Below, in pieces: positions 6,792-17,987 of a DNA stretch of 64,000 bases (its first letter is position 1; each line of letters starts with the position of its first letter). The position numbers were made by a program, and so were the translations under genes. The DNA comes from Candidatus Limnocylindrales bacterium (GTDB lineage: Bacteria > Chloroflexota > Limnocylindria > Limnocylindrales > CSP1-4), in the NCBI GenBank assembly GCA_038328755.1, contig JBBQMH010000003.1:5652-69651 (forward strand), written 5' to 3'. The notes under the pieces were generated by a model that was not told the DNA's origin, made no database searches, and saw only the letters and a list, made by a program, of their open reading frames with translations.

Positions 6792-7739
6792 TCAGATCCG
6801 GCCCCGGGCCTGGTCGAGCAGCGCGTGCGCGACCGCGAGGGCGCGATCATCGAGTGCGTGGTCTTCGGGATCGATCCACTCGATGGCTCCCTCGCGTCGG
6901 AACCAGGTCCGCTGGCGCTTGGCGAACGCGACAGTTCGTCGGACGATTTCGCTGACCCCCTCCTCGAGGCTGAGTCCCCCATCGAGGACGGCCCACGCTT
7001 CACGATAGCCCATCGCGCTGAAGGCTGGCAGACCCGGGTCATAGCGCTCCCGGAGCGCGCGGGCCTCCTCGAGCAGACCGCCGTCGAATTGCGCCTGAGC
7101 GCGCTGGCGGATCCAGGACTCGTGCGTCCCTGGGTCGGTAGCCAATCCGAGCCATGAGATTGGGCCGTTGTAGTCGCGAGGCGGTGGCAACGGATCGTCA
7201 CCGCGCAGGACGGCGATCTCCAGCGCTCTCGCGACCCGCCGAGGGTTTCGCAGATCCACGCGTCCGGCACGGGTTGGAGCGAGGGAGTGCAGGCGCGACG
7301 CAGCCGATTCCAGCCCGTTCGCGAGAATGTCCTCCTCGATATCCCTCCGGGTCGCCGCATCCGACGGCAGTGCCTCGACGTCGAGGCCACGGACGATGGC
7401 GCGTAGATAGAAGCCAGTGCCCCCCGCCAGGATCGCAAGCCCGCCATCTGCCGCGATGACGGGCAACACGCCAGCGACGTGGCTGGCGAAGGCGGCCACG
7501 GAGAAGCTCTCGTCGGGATCGACGAGATCGAGGCCGTGGTGCGGAATGCCCTGTCGCTCCCCCAGCGGGACCTTGGCCGTCCCGACGTCGAGCCCGCGGA
7601 AGACCTGTCGCGAATCGGCCGAGATGATCCGGGCCTGGACCCCCTCGGATCGAAGGGCGAGGGCCACGCGGATCGCGAGTCCGCTCTTGCCTGTCGCGGT
7701 TGCCCCGGCAACCACCAGCAGTGCAGGCGCGAGCGTCAC
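6792..7739 (-). CDS. miaA: tRNA dimethylallyltransferase
   Basis: Has VVAGATATGKSGLAI P-loop and ISADSRQVFRGLDVGTAKV. Start placed at GTG 7739, forming a GTGA overlap with the miaB stop. The ORF-track start at 7811 would overlap miaB by 76 nt. Confidence 0.9.
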   Translation of the reverse strand: MTLAPALLVVAGATATGKSGLAIRVALALRSEGVQARIISADSRQVFRGLDVGTAKVPLGERQGIPHHGLDLVDPDESFSVAAFASHVAGVLPVIAADGGLAILAGGTGFYLRAIVRGLDVEALPSDAATRRDIEEDILANGLESAASRLHSLAPTRAGRVDLRNPRRVARALEIAVLRGDDPLPPPRDYNGPISWLGLATDPGTHESWIRQRAQAQFDGGLLEEARALRERYDPGLPAFSAMGYREAWAVLDGGLSLEEGVSEIVRRTVAFAKRQRTWFRREGAIEWIDPEDHALDDRALAVAHALLDQARGRI

Positions 7740-9385
7740 CGTAGCGGGGTGCCCCGCAGTGCGTACGGCCCGGCATGATCCACGACAACCGGGATGCGCT
7801 CGCCGAGCCACGCCGCTCGCCCGGCGAAATGGACGAGCTTGTTGCCACGCGTCCGTCCTGACAGAGCCACCTCGCCAGGGCCTGGCTGGACACCCCGCTG
7901 GGGGGTCCCCTCCCCTGCCGCGTCCGGCTCGGCGTGGTCGTGCGAGCGCTCACGCGCGATGGTGTCCGCGAGGACCTCGACCTCGCGCCCGAGCCAGGCC
8001 TCGTTGCACTCCAGTCCGATCGGCTCCTGGAGCGCGAGCAGCGTGTTCAGCCGACGACGTTTCTCGGCTGCCGGCACGTCATCCGCCAGTCGCGTGGCGG
8101 GCGTACCTGGCCGTTCCGAGTACGCCGCGGCGAAGACCTGGTCGTAGCGGACAGTGGCCAGGAACTCGAGCGTTCGCTCGAACTGTGCCTCGGTCTCGCC
8201 GCAGAACCCGACGATGATGTCCGTGCTGACCGTGATGTCCTTGACCGACGCCCGGATCCTCGTCAATCGCTCGAGGTAGTGCTCGGTCGTGTACTGGCGA
8301 CCCATCCGCCGCAGGACGTCGTCATCGCCGGATTGGACCGGCAGGTGGAGCGATTCACAGAGTGATGGACAATCGGCCATCGCGTCGATCAGGCGGTCAG
8401 ATAGGTCCCAGGGATGCGAGGTGATGAACCGAAGTCGCGGGATGGCTGGTGCGCCGTCTGCCGTCCGGATTCCATCGATGGCGCGGATCAGGGCGGCCAG
8501 GTCCGGTCGTGATCCAAGGTCGAGCTGCCGGCCGGCCCAACGCTCGGTATCGATCCCGGCAAATCGCGGATCGGGCTGGAGGTCATGGCCATACGAATTC
8601 ACGTTCTGCCCGAGCAGCGTGACCTCGCGATAGCCGGCCGCGGCGATGGACCGGGCCTCGTCGACGATCTCGTCGAACGGTCGGCTACGTTCCGGACCAC
8701 GACTGAACGGCACGATGCAATACGTGCAGGTCTTGTCGCAGCCGTAGATGATCGGCAACCAGGCGGCGACGTGAGATCCCCGATGGACCGTACCACTCGC
8801 GACAGCCGCCGCGCGGGTCTGCGCCAGGTTGTCGGCGACGCCGACAACCGTCCGGCCGACCATTGTCGTGGCACCGACGACACCAACCGGCGCCTGCGCC
8901 GAAGCGAGCCCCAGGCGATCGAGCAACTCGGGTTCCTCGTCGGGTCGAAGGAACAGATCAACTGCGGGGTAGCGGCGCTCGAGCCCGTCGCGATCGCGCT
9001 CCCGAACGGCACATCCAGTCAGGACGACCCGCATCGAGGGGTTCGCGTCCTTGAGGCGTTGGAGATGCCCCTGGCGGCCGATGACCTTGGCCTCGGCCAG
9101 TTCACGGATTGCGCAGGTGTTGATGACGACGAGATCGGCGCTCTCCATCGTTGCCGCCTCGGTGGCACCTGCGACGAGCAGACGGCCGGCCATCTCCTCG
9201 GAGTCGCTCCGGTTCATCTGGCAGCCGAGCGTCCAGACGTAGAACGCCGGCAGCGCCCGCGGCTCCGGGCGGAACTGACCGAGCCGCGCGTCCGAAGGTG
9301 GCATCGGCGAGCGCGCTGCAAACGGAGCGGCGGGCACAGTGTCGAGCACCGGCAGGGCGGTTCGGGTGGCGCGCGGTAGATCCAT
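7736..9385 (-). CDS. miaB: tRNA-i6A37 methylthiotransferase
   Basis: Has FYVWTLGCQMNRSDSE (N-terminal MTTase domain), GCDKTCTYCIVP (radical-SAM CxxxCxxC) and a TRAM-like C-terminus. Only the C-terminal ~550 codons of ORF 7736..10054 are MiaB-like. An alternative ATG at 9304 is equally plausible. Confidence 0.88.
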   Translation of the reverse strand: MDLPRATRTALPVLDTVPAAPFAARSPMPPSDARLGQFRPEPRALPAFYVWTLGCQMNRSDSEEMAGRLLVAGATEAATMESADLVVINTCAIRELAEAKVIGRQGHLQRLKDANPSMRVVLTGCAVRERDRDGLERRYPAVDLFLRPDEEPELLDRLGLASAQAPVGVVGATTMVGRTVVGVADNLAQTRAAAVASGTVHRGSHVAAWLPIIYGCDKTCTYCIVPFSRGPERSRPFDEIVDEARSIAAAGYREVTLLGQNVNSYGHDLQPDPRFAGIDTERWAGRQLDLGSRPDLAALIRAIDGIRTADGAPAIPRLRFITSHPWDLSDRLIDAMADCPSLCESLHLPVQSGDDDVLRRMGRQYTTEHYLERLTRIRASVKDITVSTDIIVGFCGETEAQFERTLEFLATVRYDQVFAAAYSERPGTPATRLADDVPAAEKRRRLNTLLALQEPIGLECNEAWLGREVEVLADTIARERSHDHAEPDAAGEGTPQRGVQPGPGEVALSGRTRGNKLVHFAGRAAWLGERIPVVVDHAGPYALRGTPLR

Positions 9386-9410
9386 GGCCCCGAAACGATA
9401 CCCTGTGGGC

Positions 9411-10184
9411 ATGGAACTGCTGACCAACCCGGAAATCTGGGTCGCGCTCATCACCCTGACCGTGCTCGAGATCGTCCTCGGCATCGACAACGTCATCTTC
9501 ATCTCGATCCTCGTCCAGCGCCTTCCGACAGGCGACCAGGATCGTGCCCGGCGCATCGGCCTGGGCCTGGCCATGGGCATGCGGATCGCTCTGCTGCTGA
9601 TGATCTCGTGGATCATCGGCCTGACCGAGCCGGCCGTCCGCCTACTGGACCACGACTTCTCGTGGCGTGATCTCATTCTCATCGGCGGCGGCCTGTTCCT
9701 GCTCTGGAAGGCGACGACCGAGATCCACGAGTCGCTCGAGGGCGAGGTGGCCCACGCTCCGGGCGTCGGTGCAGCGACCGCCTCGATGGGTGGCGTCCTC
9801 GCGCAGATCGTGCTTCTGGATATTGTCTTCTCGCTCGACTCGGTGCTGACCGCCGTCGGCATGGTCGAGGAGGTGGCGATCATGATCGCCGCGGTCGTCA
9901 TCGCCGTCGGGGTCATGCTCGTGGCGTCCGGTCCACTGTCCCGATTCGTGCACGCCCACCCGTCGGTCAAGATGCTGGCGCTGTCGTTTCTGCTCCTCAT
10001 CGGCGTCACGCTCATCGCCGACGGATTTGGCCTCCACATCGACAAGTCGTTCATCTACGCCGCGATGGGGTTCAGCGTGTTCGTGGAGGGCCTCAATCTG
10101 CGAGCCCGGCGACGCCGCCAGCCGCCGGTCGAATTGCGCCCCACGTTCGTGAAGGAGGAGGCGGAGCCCGAGGCCGCCGGCTGA
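9411..10184 (+). CDS. TerC-family integral membrane protein
   Basis: Reads MELLTNPEIWVALITLTVLEIVLGIDNVIFISI.. with a second ..LLDIVFSLDSVLTAVG.. repeat, typical of TerC/YkoY-type transporters. Confidence 0.85.
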   Translation: MELLTNPEIWVALITLTVLEIVLGIDNVIFISILVQRLPTGDQDRARRIGLGLAMGMRIALLLMISWIIGLTEPAVRLLDHDFSWRDLILIGGGLFLLWKATTEIHESLEGEVAHAPGVGAATASMGGVLAQIVLLDIVFSLDSVLTAVGMVEEVAIMIAAVVIAVGVMLVASGPLSRFVHAHPSVKMLALSFLLLIGVTLIADGFGLHIDKSFIYAAMGFSVFVEGLNLRARRRRQPPVELRPTFVKEEAEPEAAG

Positions 10185-10230
10185 CGGCCGCGTAGGCGCT
10201 CGCGACCGTTGCCGACGATCGCGACGTCCC

Positions 10231-11133
10231 TTAGCGCTCCATCGCCGCGCGAAGCGGCGACTCGACCTCTGGTGGAACCCACAGGCGGGCATGGGTGGCA
10301 GCGTACGGCTCGAGGTCGCCGTGGTAGTCGCTGCCGCCTGTGGCCAGGAGCGCGCGGGCGGACGCAAACTCGGCCATTGACGCGACGGTCGACGCGTCGA
10401 AGGAGCGGTAGTAGACCTCGAGACCATCCAGGCCGAAGTCGATGAGTTCATCGATGATCCCCGGCTTTTCGGGCGCCTCGCTGAAGTGGGCCAGGGCCGA
10501 GAGTCCACCAGCCGATCGGATCAGCTCGATGCATTCCCGGGGCCCCAGGCCCTCCCGTGGCAGGTACGCCGCCTGGCCGGCCGAGAGATAGCGGGCGAAG
10601 GCGTCCTCGATGGACGTGGCGTATCCCTTCGCGATCATGGCCCGGGCCAGGCGCGGACGCCCGAGGGCATCGTCATCGCCAGTCGCGGGTAGTGCCTCAA
10701 GGGCATCGTCGACCGGGCGCCCGATCTCCCGCAGGCGTTCCACCATGCGATCGAACCGGGTTCGACGGCGCACACGCTGCAGGGCGAGGGCGTCCTCGAG
10801 GCGCTCATTGTCCGGGTCGATCCCCAGTCCGAGGATGTGGATCTCGCTCTCGCGCAGGTCCGGGCGACCCGAGACAATCGCATTCAGTTCGATCCCGGGC
10901 AGCAGCTCCAACCCTGGCGGAACGGCTCGTGCCTTGAGGAGCGCGCGGACGCCGGCGACCGTGTCGTGATCGGTGATGGCCAGGAGTCGGACCCCGGCTG
11001 CCGCGGCCTGCCGGACCAGCTCAACAGGTTCCAGCAGGCCATCCGATCGGGCCGTGTGCGAATGCAGGTCGATCGTGGCAAGCCCGGGCGGGACGACCGG
11101 CGAGGCAGGCGGGGCGTGGCGGGGGCGAGCCAC
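10231..11133 (-). CDS. PHP-domain metal-dependent phosphoesterase
   Basis: Has IDLHSHTARSDG.., ..LAITDHDTVAG.. and ..GGSDYHG.., the PHP (polymerase/histidinol phosphatase) motifs. GTG start. Confidence 0.8.
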   Translation of the reverse strand: MARPRHAPPASPVVPPGLATIDLHSHTARSDGLLEPVELVRQAAAAGVRLLAITDHDTVAGVRALLKARAVPPGLELLPGIELNAIVSGRPDLRESEIHILGLGIDPDNERLEDALALQRVRRRTRFDRMVERLREIGRPVDDALEALPATGDDDALGRPRLARAMIAKGYATSIEDAFARYLSAGQAAYLPREGLGPRECIELIRSAGGLSALAHFSEAPEKPGIIDELIDFGLDGLEVYYRSFDASTVASMAEFASARALLATGGSDYHGDLEPYAATHARLWVPPEVESPLRAAMER

Positions 11134-11136
11134 CGT

Positions 11137-11916
11137 TCAGGCCTCGAAGATGCGGGTGATTCGCTCGATGGCGAGGGCGCGGCCAGTCGCGGGGTCCACG
11201 TCGACCTGGCAGGCGTTGAAGATGACCGGACCATCACCGACCGCGAAACGCGTCGGGAGGGCGTTCATGAACCGCGGCAGGACGGTCTTGGGATCAAAGC
11301 CGATCACGCTCCAGATGGGGCCGGTCATACCCAGATCCGTCTGGTAGGCGGTCCCGCCGGGCAGGATGCGCTCATCGCCGGTGACAACATGGGTATGCGT
11401 CCCGACGACGACCGAGGCGCGGCCATCGAGGTGCAGGCCAAAGGCATTCTTCTCGGATGTGATCTCGCAGTGGAAATCCACGAGCCGAACCGGCGGCAGG
11501 GCTTCGGATGACTCGTCAAAGAGCCGATCGGCTTCCGTGAATGGGTTGTCAATCGGCTGCATGAACGTTCGGCCCTGGAAGTTGATGACCGCCAGATCCG
11601 TGCCATCGAGCGCCTGATAGACGCCCCAGCCGCGACCAGGAACTCCCTGCGTTCCGTAGTTCAACGGTCGCAGGATCCGTTCATTCCGCTCCAGGACCTC
11701 GTAGATCTCGCGCTTGTCCCAGATGTGGTTGCCCGACGTGATGACGTCGACGCCATGTCCGAACAGTGCGTCCGCGGTGGAATCTGTCAGGCCCATCCCG
11801 CCCGCGAGATTCTCGCCGTTGGCGGTCACGAAATCGATGCCGCGCTCTTCCCGGAGAGCGGGCAGCAACCCCTCGATCGCCAACCGCCCCGGCTTGCCGA
11901 TGACGTCACCGATCAG
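11137..11916 (-). CDS. ymdB: YmdB-family metallophosphoesterase (2',3'-cyclic-nucleotide phosphodiesterase)
   Basis: Has ..FVTANGENLAGGMGLT.., ..VITSGNHIWDK.. and ..GTHTHV... The conserved N-terminal LLLIGDVIGKPGR motif is in frame upstream of the first canonical start (TTG 11883). Start tentatively placed at CTG 11916. Confidence 0.8.
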   Translation of the reverse strand: MIGDVIGKPGRLAIEGLLPALREERGIDFVTANGENLAGGMGLTDSTADALFGHGVDVITSGNHIWDKREIYEVLERNERILRPLNYGTQGVPGRGWGVYQALDGTDLAVINFQGRTFMQPIDNPFTEADRLFDESSEALPPVRLVDFHCEITSEKNAFGLHLDGRASVVVGTHTHVVTGDERILPGGTAYQTDLGMTGPIWSVIGFDPKTVLPRFMNALPTRFAVGDGPVIFNACQVDVDPATGRALAIERITRIFEA

Positions 11917-12005
11917 AAGAAGCCGGCACGCCCCAGGCGGGCGCGGGGCATTCCCGTTGGGCGGATTGCCGAGTCGAACGCGGCCGGCGTGGCCGCCTGA
12001 GACGT

Positions 12006-13526
12006 CTACTTCGCGTACTCCACGGCCCGGGTCTCGCGGATCACCGTGACCTTGATCTGGCCGGGGTAGGTCAGTTGCTCCTCGATCTTCTTCACGATGT
12101 CGCGAGCGAGGCGTGTCGCCGTCAGGTCGTCGATCTCTTCAGGTCGGACGAGGATCCGGACCTCGCGCCCGGCCTGGACCGCGAATGAGCGCTCAACGCC
12201 GGTAAAGGACTCGGCGATCGCCTGGAGATCCTCAAGGCGCTTGATGTAGGTATCCATGGTTTCGCCGCGGGCGCCTGGACGCGACGCGGAAATGGCGTCG
12301 GCCACCTGGACGATCGGCGCCTCGAGGCAGGCGTACTCGACCTCCTGGTGGTGAGCCGCGATCGCATTGACCACCTTGGCCGGAAGCTCCGCCTTCAGGG
12401 CGATGGCAGCGCCGATGGCCGCATGTGGTCCCTCGACCTCGTGGTCGACGGCCTTGCCAAGGTCGTGGAGCAGTCCGCCCATCTTGGCGATCATGATGTC
12501 GGCGCCAATCTCGCCGGCGATTGCGCCAGCCAGCGCGCTTGCCTCGACCGAGTGCAAGAGCACGTTCTGGCCGTAGCTCGTGCGGTACTTCAGCCGGCCG
12601 AGGAGCTTGACGATGTCGGCTGGGAGACCGGGAACTCCGGCATCGTAGGCGGCCTGTTCACCGGCCTGGCGCATGATGACGTCGACCTCGGCGCGGGCCT
12701 TGGCGACGACTTCCTCGATCCGACCCGGATGGATCCGACCGTCGCTCATCAGCTTCGTCAGCGCGACCCGCGCCACCTCGCGCCTGACTGGATCGAAGCC
12801 GGACAGGACGACGGTTTCTGGCGTGTCGTCGATGATGAGATCCACGCCCGTGGCCTGCTCGAGGGCTCGGATGTTGCGCCCCTCGCGCCCGATGATCCGA
12901 CCTTTCATCTCGTCACTTGGCAGGTGAACCACGGTCACCGTGTGCTCTGCGGTGTGATCCGCGGCAACACGCTGCATGGCGGTGACGATGATGTCGCGCG
13001 CCTTGTCGGTCGCCTCGTCCCGGGCTCGCCGCTCGATCGATCGAGCGAGCTTGACCGCATCGTGTTCGGCCTCCTCACGGATCGCGTCGAGGAGGACCGA
13101 CTTGGCATCGTCGGCCGACATGCCGGCGACGTGCTCGAGCGCGACAACGCGGGCGGCATTGAGCTTGGCGACTTCCTCGCGCTGGCGTTCCAGATCGAGC
13201 TCGCGCTCCAGGAGCTTTCGGTCGCGCTGCTCCAGCATGTCCGTTCGCTGGTCCATCTGCTCATCGCGGGCGACCAACCGCCGGTCAATGGCGCTCAGCT
13301 CGGCACGACGAGCGCGGCCATCCTCCTCGGCCTCGCGCTGGAGGCGGATCTTCTCCTCCTTGGCCTCGAGGATCAGCTCCTTCTGCTGGGTGCGGGCATC
13401 GGCGACGATGCGCCCGGCCTTCTCAATGGCGACCTTGACCGACTGGTTCGCCCACTGGCTTCGTGCGACGAAACCTACGGCGACGCCAGAGGCCAGCGCC
13501 ACGAGGGCGACGGCGAGGTATTCCAT
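12006..13526 (-). CDS. rny: ribonuclease Y
   Basis: 506 aa. N-terminal TM helix, long coiled coil, KH domain (..[15 protein letters not shown]..) and HD domain (..[14 protein letters not shown]..). Strong SD GGGAGGAACA before the ATG. Confidence 0.95.
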   Translation of the reverse strand: MEYLAVALVALASGVAVGFVARSQWANQSVKVAIEKAGRIVADARTQQKELILEAKEEKIRLQREAEEDGRARRAELSAIDRRLVARDEQMDQRTDMLEQRDRKLLERELDLERQREEVAKLNAARVVALEHVAGMSADDAKSVLLDAIREEAEHDAVKLARSIERRARDEATDKARDIIVTAMQRVAADHTAEHTVTVVHLPSDEMKGRIIGREGRNIRALEQATGVDLIIDDTPETVVLSGFDPVRREVARVALTKLMSDGRIHPGRIEEVVAKARAEVDVIMRQAGEQAAYDAGVPGLPADIVKLLGRLKYRTSYGQNVLLHSVEASALAGAIAGEIGADIMIAKMGGLLHDLGKAVDHEVEGPHAAIGAAIALKAELPAKVVNAIAAHHQEVEYACLEAPIVQVADAISASRPGARGETMDTYIKRLEDLQAIAESFTGVERSFAVQAGREVRILVRPEEIDDLTATRLARDIVKKIEEQLTYPGQIKVTVIRETRAVEYAK

Positions 13527-13699
13527 CTGTTCCTCCCATCCGGCGACCAGCCGGACGTGTGACGTTCGTAAAGCGGTCGCCGTAGTCGAAGGAAATCATC
13601 CCGGGGCTCTGGGCGAACCGTGGACGTAGCCTACTACGGACGCGCGGCGGGGCGCCTGACCGGCCGTCCGAGAAGCCGCATCCTCACACCGAGCTGCGG

Positions 13700-14188
13700 T
13701 CAGTCTCCGTCCGGCTTGCCGTCCGTGACCTCGCGAGCGAGTCGACTCGCAAGCTCAGTGGAGAAGCCACTGCGCGCCAGCAGGGTGTAGGCCTTCTGTC
13801 GTCGAGCGCGTGGATCGGTAACGCGAGCCAGGGCCGCGGCGCTTCGATCCAGGCGACGCCGAGCCCCGGATTCATCAGGCGATGGCGCCCCATCGTCAGC
13901 CTGAACTACGGCGTCGCGTCGGGTTTCGAGGGTCCGCACGATCGTTTCGGAGTCGACGCCCTTTTGCCGTAGCTCCGCCTGGAGCGCCCGCTCGCCTCGA
14001 GGGCGCGAGCGATCGCGCGATTCAACCCACTGCCGGGCGAATGCCTCGTCATCCAGAATGCCAAGGTTTGCCAAACGGTCCAACGCAGAACTCACCAGGT
14101 CGTCCCGGTATCCCGCCATCGTCAATCGCCGGCGGACTTCGGCCACCGACCTGGGCCGCGTCTCCAGGAACCGGAGTGCCGCGTCCAG
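13700..14188 (-). CDS. recX: recombination regulator RecX (start uncertain)
   Basis: ..VVLDAALRFLETRPRSVAEVRRRLTMAGY..LANLGILDDEAFARQWVESR.. are RecX three-helix repeats, immediately downstream of recA. There is no ATG/GTG/TTG between the recA stop (14262) and the conserved N-terminus. The end coordinate given is CTG 14188; other options are GTG 14146 or ATG 14443/14473. Confidence 0.7.
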   Translation of the reverse strand: MDAALRFLETRPRSVAEVRRRLTMAGYRDDLVSSALDRLANLGILDDEAFARQWVESRDRSRPRGERALQAELRQKGVDSETIVRTLETRRDAVVQADDGAPSPDESGARRRLDRSAAALARVTDPRARRQKAYTLLARSGFSTELASRLAREVTDGKPDGD

Positions 14189-14261
14189 GACGACCGTTGG
14201 GTCTTCGACCGCCCCCCGTCGCGCGCGCCGATCCGCGAAGGACTCGCGCTGGCGTGCCGTG

Positions 14262-15329
<1,068 letters not shown>

Positions 15330-15393
15330 GGTTCCGTCACGCTCCTGTCAATGCCGATGCCGACGGAGCGAACGAACACGTCCACCCGACGGG

Positions 15394-15555
15394 TCAGTCT
15401 TCTTCCCTGTTGTCGTCGGCTACGCGCGGCTTCCGCGGCTTCCGATAGACCTCGACGTTGGTTGGCCCCTCCGACAGCGGCTGCAGCTTGGGCAGACCGG
15501 ACCTGTCCTTGGGCTTCTTCTTGGCTTCCTTGCTCGGCCGATCGCGAGATCCCAT
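15394..15555 (-). CDS. small basic protein (53 aa), unknown function
   Basis: ATG at 15555 preceded by GCGGAGGAGCCCCCC (GGAGGAG SD, 6-nt spacer). Reads MGSRDRPSKEAKKKPKDRSGLPKLQPLSEGPTNVEVYRKPRKPRVADDNREED. G/C-rich third positions. Below the 60-aa cut-off of the ORF track. Confidence 0.4.
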   Translation of the reverse strand: MGSRDRPSKEAKKKPKDRSGLPKLQPLSEGPTNVEVYRKPRKPRVADDNREED

Positions 15556-15597
15556 GGGGGGCTCCTCCGCGCTGCTGCGACTCTACGGGGGGCTGCT

Positions 15598-16731
15598 TCA
15601 CGCCAGTTCCCCTGCGGCTGCACCGGGCATTTGCCGGCCCGCGTGTTCTCGCAGTGAAGCGAGCGATTCAGGGAAGGTCCCAGCCGCCAATGCAGCCCGG
15701 ATCCTGCCCATGAAGTCTAGGGTGAAGGTCAGGTTGTGACAAGTTGCCAGTCGGTAGGCGAGAAGCTCCTTGGCCCTGAAGAGATGTGCTAGATAGGCCC
15801 TTGAAAACGTCCGGCACAACCGGCACGGACATCCGTCCTGGACCGGTCGCGGATCGTCGAGAAACGCCTGATTGCGCAGATTCAGCTTCCCTCCGGGCAC
15901 CCAGAGCTGGCCGTTGCGGGCCACGCGCGCCGGAAGGACCGAGTCGAACAGGTCAACACCGAGCCGAACGGCGTCGAGCAGATCAACGGGCGAGCCAAGG
16001 CCCATGAGATACCTTGGCCGTGGGTCATCGGCGAGCATCGGCATGACGACGTTGAGCGCGTCCGCTCGCTGAACCGGCGTCTCATCCCCTGCCAGGCCCC
16101 CGATACAGAGGCCATCGAACGGGAGATCGGCGATGGCCGTCGTAGATCGGGCCCGAAGTTCCGGGTCGATGCCACCCTGGATGATTCCGAACAGCGCCTG
16201 GTCCTCCCGGCGATGCGCGATGACCGAGCGCTCCGCCCAGCGGTGGGTCCGCTCCATCGCGTCCTCTACCTGGACTCGTGGCGATGACGGATAGACGGGA
16301 TGATCGAAGGCGACCGCGATGTCGGCGCCAAGTGATTCCTGGATGCCGATCGCGATCTCGGGCGTAAGGCGGCGGGTCGATCCATCGATATGACTTCGGA
16401 ACGTGGCCCCATCCTCGTCGACGACTCGGGCATCGGCGAGCGACACGACCTGGAAGCCGCCGGAATCGGTCAGGATCGGGCGGTCCCAGCCCATGAACCG
16501 ATGCAGTCCACCGAGCCGCTCGATCCGCTCGTGCCCGGGCCGCAGGAACAGGTGGTAGGTATTCGCCAGGATGATCGAGGCTCCGACCTCGACCAGATCG
16601 TCGGGGTCGAGTGCCTTGACCGTGGCGTTCGTGCCAACCGGCATGAACTGTGGCGTCTCGATAACCCCGTGCGGGAGAGTCAACCTTCCAAGACGGGCTC
16701 GCGCACCGCTGGTGGGATCCGTGGTCGCCAC
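15598..16731 (-). CDS. tgt: queuine tRNA-ribosyltransferase
   Basis: Has ..GARARLGRLTLPHGVIETPQFMPVGT.., ..LTDSGGFQV.. and the Zn site CPCRLC..H. Start set at GTG 16731 (MATTDPTSGARARLG), just after the ruvB stop. The ORF-track N-terminal extension overlaps ruvB. Confidence 0.92.
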   Translation of the reverse strand: MATTDPTSGARARLGRLTLPHGVIETPQFMPVGTNATVKALDPDDLVEVGASIILANTYHLFLRPGHERIERLGGLHRFMGWDRPILTDSGGFQVVSLADARVVDEDGATFRSHIDGSTRRLTPEIAIGIQESLGADIAVAFDHPVYPSSPRVQVEDAMERTHRWAERSVIAHRREDQALFGIIQGGIDPELRARSTTAIADLPFDGLCIGGLAGDETPVQRADALNVVMPMLADDPRPRYLMGLGSPVDLLDAVRLGVDLFDSVLPARVARNGQLWVPGGKLNLRNQAFLDDPRPVQDGCPCRLCRTFSRAYLAHLFRAKELLAYRLATCHNLTFTLDFMGRIRAALAAGTFPESLASLREHAGRQMPGAAAGELA

Positions 16732-16810
16732 GACCTCGAATCCGACAGGCCGAGGCTCGGCGCGCGGTGGGACGGTTCCGGCAGTCGCGGCGTATCCCGC
16801 GACCGCGATA

Positions 16811-17905
16811 TCAGTGATCGCTGGCCCCTGAACCGTCCGCCCATAGGCTGGGCATGTCAGGTTCTGAACGTCGCGGGGGCGGGATCTCGAATCCGAGACC
16901 GGACAAATGAGCCCGAGCCAACTCGGTCGCAATCCGACCCTGTGGCGTGCGATCGAGGAAGCCAAGGCGCAGGAGGAATGGTTCGTACACGTCTTCGATC
17001 GTCTCGACCTCCTCGGACAGCACCGCGGCGAGTGCCGCGACGCCAACGGGCCCCGATCCAAACTTCTGGACGATGGCTGCCAGGAGCTTGCGGTCGGTCG
17101 AGTCAAGCCCTTCGTCGTCGATCTCGAGCAGGCGCATGGCCTCGTGGGCGGTGGCCTCGGTCACTCGTCCATCACCATGAACCTCGGCGTGGTCGCGAAC
17201 GCGCTTGAGCAGGCGATTGACGATCCGCGGCGTTCCCCGACCGCGCCGCGCGATGGCGACAGCAGCCTGCGGCTCGATATCGACCCCGAGAATCCGGGCC
17301 GAGCGATGGACGATCTCGGTCAGTTCCGTGTCCGAGTAGAAGTCGAGACGATACGTGGCCCCGAACCGATCGCGGAGCGGCGACGAGATTCGACCCGCCC
17401 GGGTGGTCGCGCCGACGACCGTGAAGGGCTTGAGGGTCAGTCGCAACGAGCGCGCCGAGGGCCCCTTGCCGATCATGACGTCGAGCGCGTAATCCTCCAT
17501 CGCCGGATAGAGGATCTCCTCGACCGCGTGGTTGAGCCGATGGATCTCGTCGATGAACAGGACGTCCCGCTCGTCAAGCGAGGTCAGGACGGCAGCAAGG
17601 TCTCCAGGCCGTTCGATCGCCGGACCGGACGTATACCGGACGTTGACACCCAACTCCCGCGCGATGATCGTGGCCAGGGTCGTTTTGCCGAGGCCGGGCG
17701 GGCCGTACAAAAGGACGTGGTCCGCGGCTTCTGCTCTGGCCCGGGCAGCCGACAGCAGGACCCCGAGGTTGGCCTTGACCTCCCGCTGGCCGATGTACTC
17801 GTCCAGTGAGCGTGGTCGCAGCGATCCCTCGACGGCCACTTCCGCCGGGTCCTCAGCATCGGCTGCGAGCAGGTTCATCGCGTCGTCTGTCACGGGTCCA
17901 ATCAT
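16811..17905 (-). CDS. ruvB: Holliday junction branch-migration helicase RuvB
   Basis: Has ..[12 protein letters not shown].., [14 protein letters not shown], ..LFIDEIHRL.. and ..[15 protein letters not shown]... Confidence 0.97.
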   Translation of the reverse strand: MIGPVTDDAMNLLAADAEDPAEVAVEGSLRPRSLDEYIGQREVKANLGVLLSAARARAEAADHVLLYGPPGLGKTTLATIIARELGVNVRYTSGPAIERPGDLAAVLTSLDERDVLFIDEIHRLNHAVEEILYPAMEDYALDVMIGKGPSARSLRLTLKPFTVVGATTRAGRISSPLRDRFGATYRLDFYSDTELTEIVHRSARILGVDIEPQAAVAIARRGRGTPRIVNRLLKRVRDHAEVHGDGRVTEATAHEAMRLLEIDDEGLDSTDRKLLAAIVQKFGSGPVGVAALAAVLSEEVETIEDVYEPFLLRLGFLDRTPQGRIATELARAHLSGLGFEIPPPRRSEPDMPSLWADGSGASDH

Positions 17906-17962
17906 AGCATTGCGATAACCATATCGTACAGATGTTCTAGTCGACAGATCGGACGCCGACGA

Positions 17963-17987
17963 GGATCCCGCGATCCTTGCGGGATCC
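17963..17987 (-). other. perfect 9-bp stem hairpin between ruvA and ruvB
   Basis: Plus-strand GGATCCCGC-gatcctt-GCGGGATCC at 17963-17987, starting 6 nt after the ruvA stop on the minus strand. No U-tract follows it. Confidence 0.4.

Noticed and set aside
9304-9410. yybP-ykoY (Mn2+) riboswitch upstream of the TerC-family gene
   Set aside because: TerC/YkoY genes often carry this riboswitch. Here the upstream DNA is at most ~100 nt, is shared with (or lies inside) the miaB 5' end, and shows none of the conserved GGGGAGUAG / GAGAC-type segments I can recall.
15330-15393. LexA/SOS box upstream of recA
   Set aside because: The best candidate (..GGACGTGTTCGTTCG..) lacks the GAAC-N4-GTTC dyad. Calling it would be wishful. 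recA may be transcribed from further upstream, together with the small ORF or tgt.
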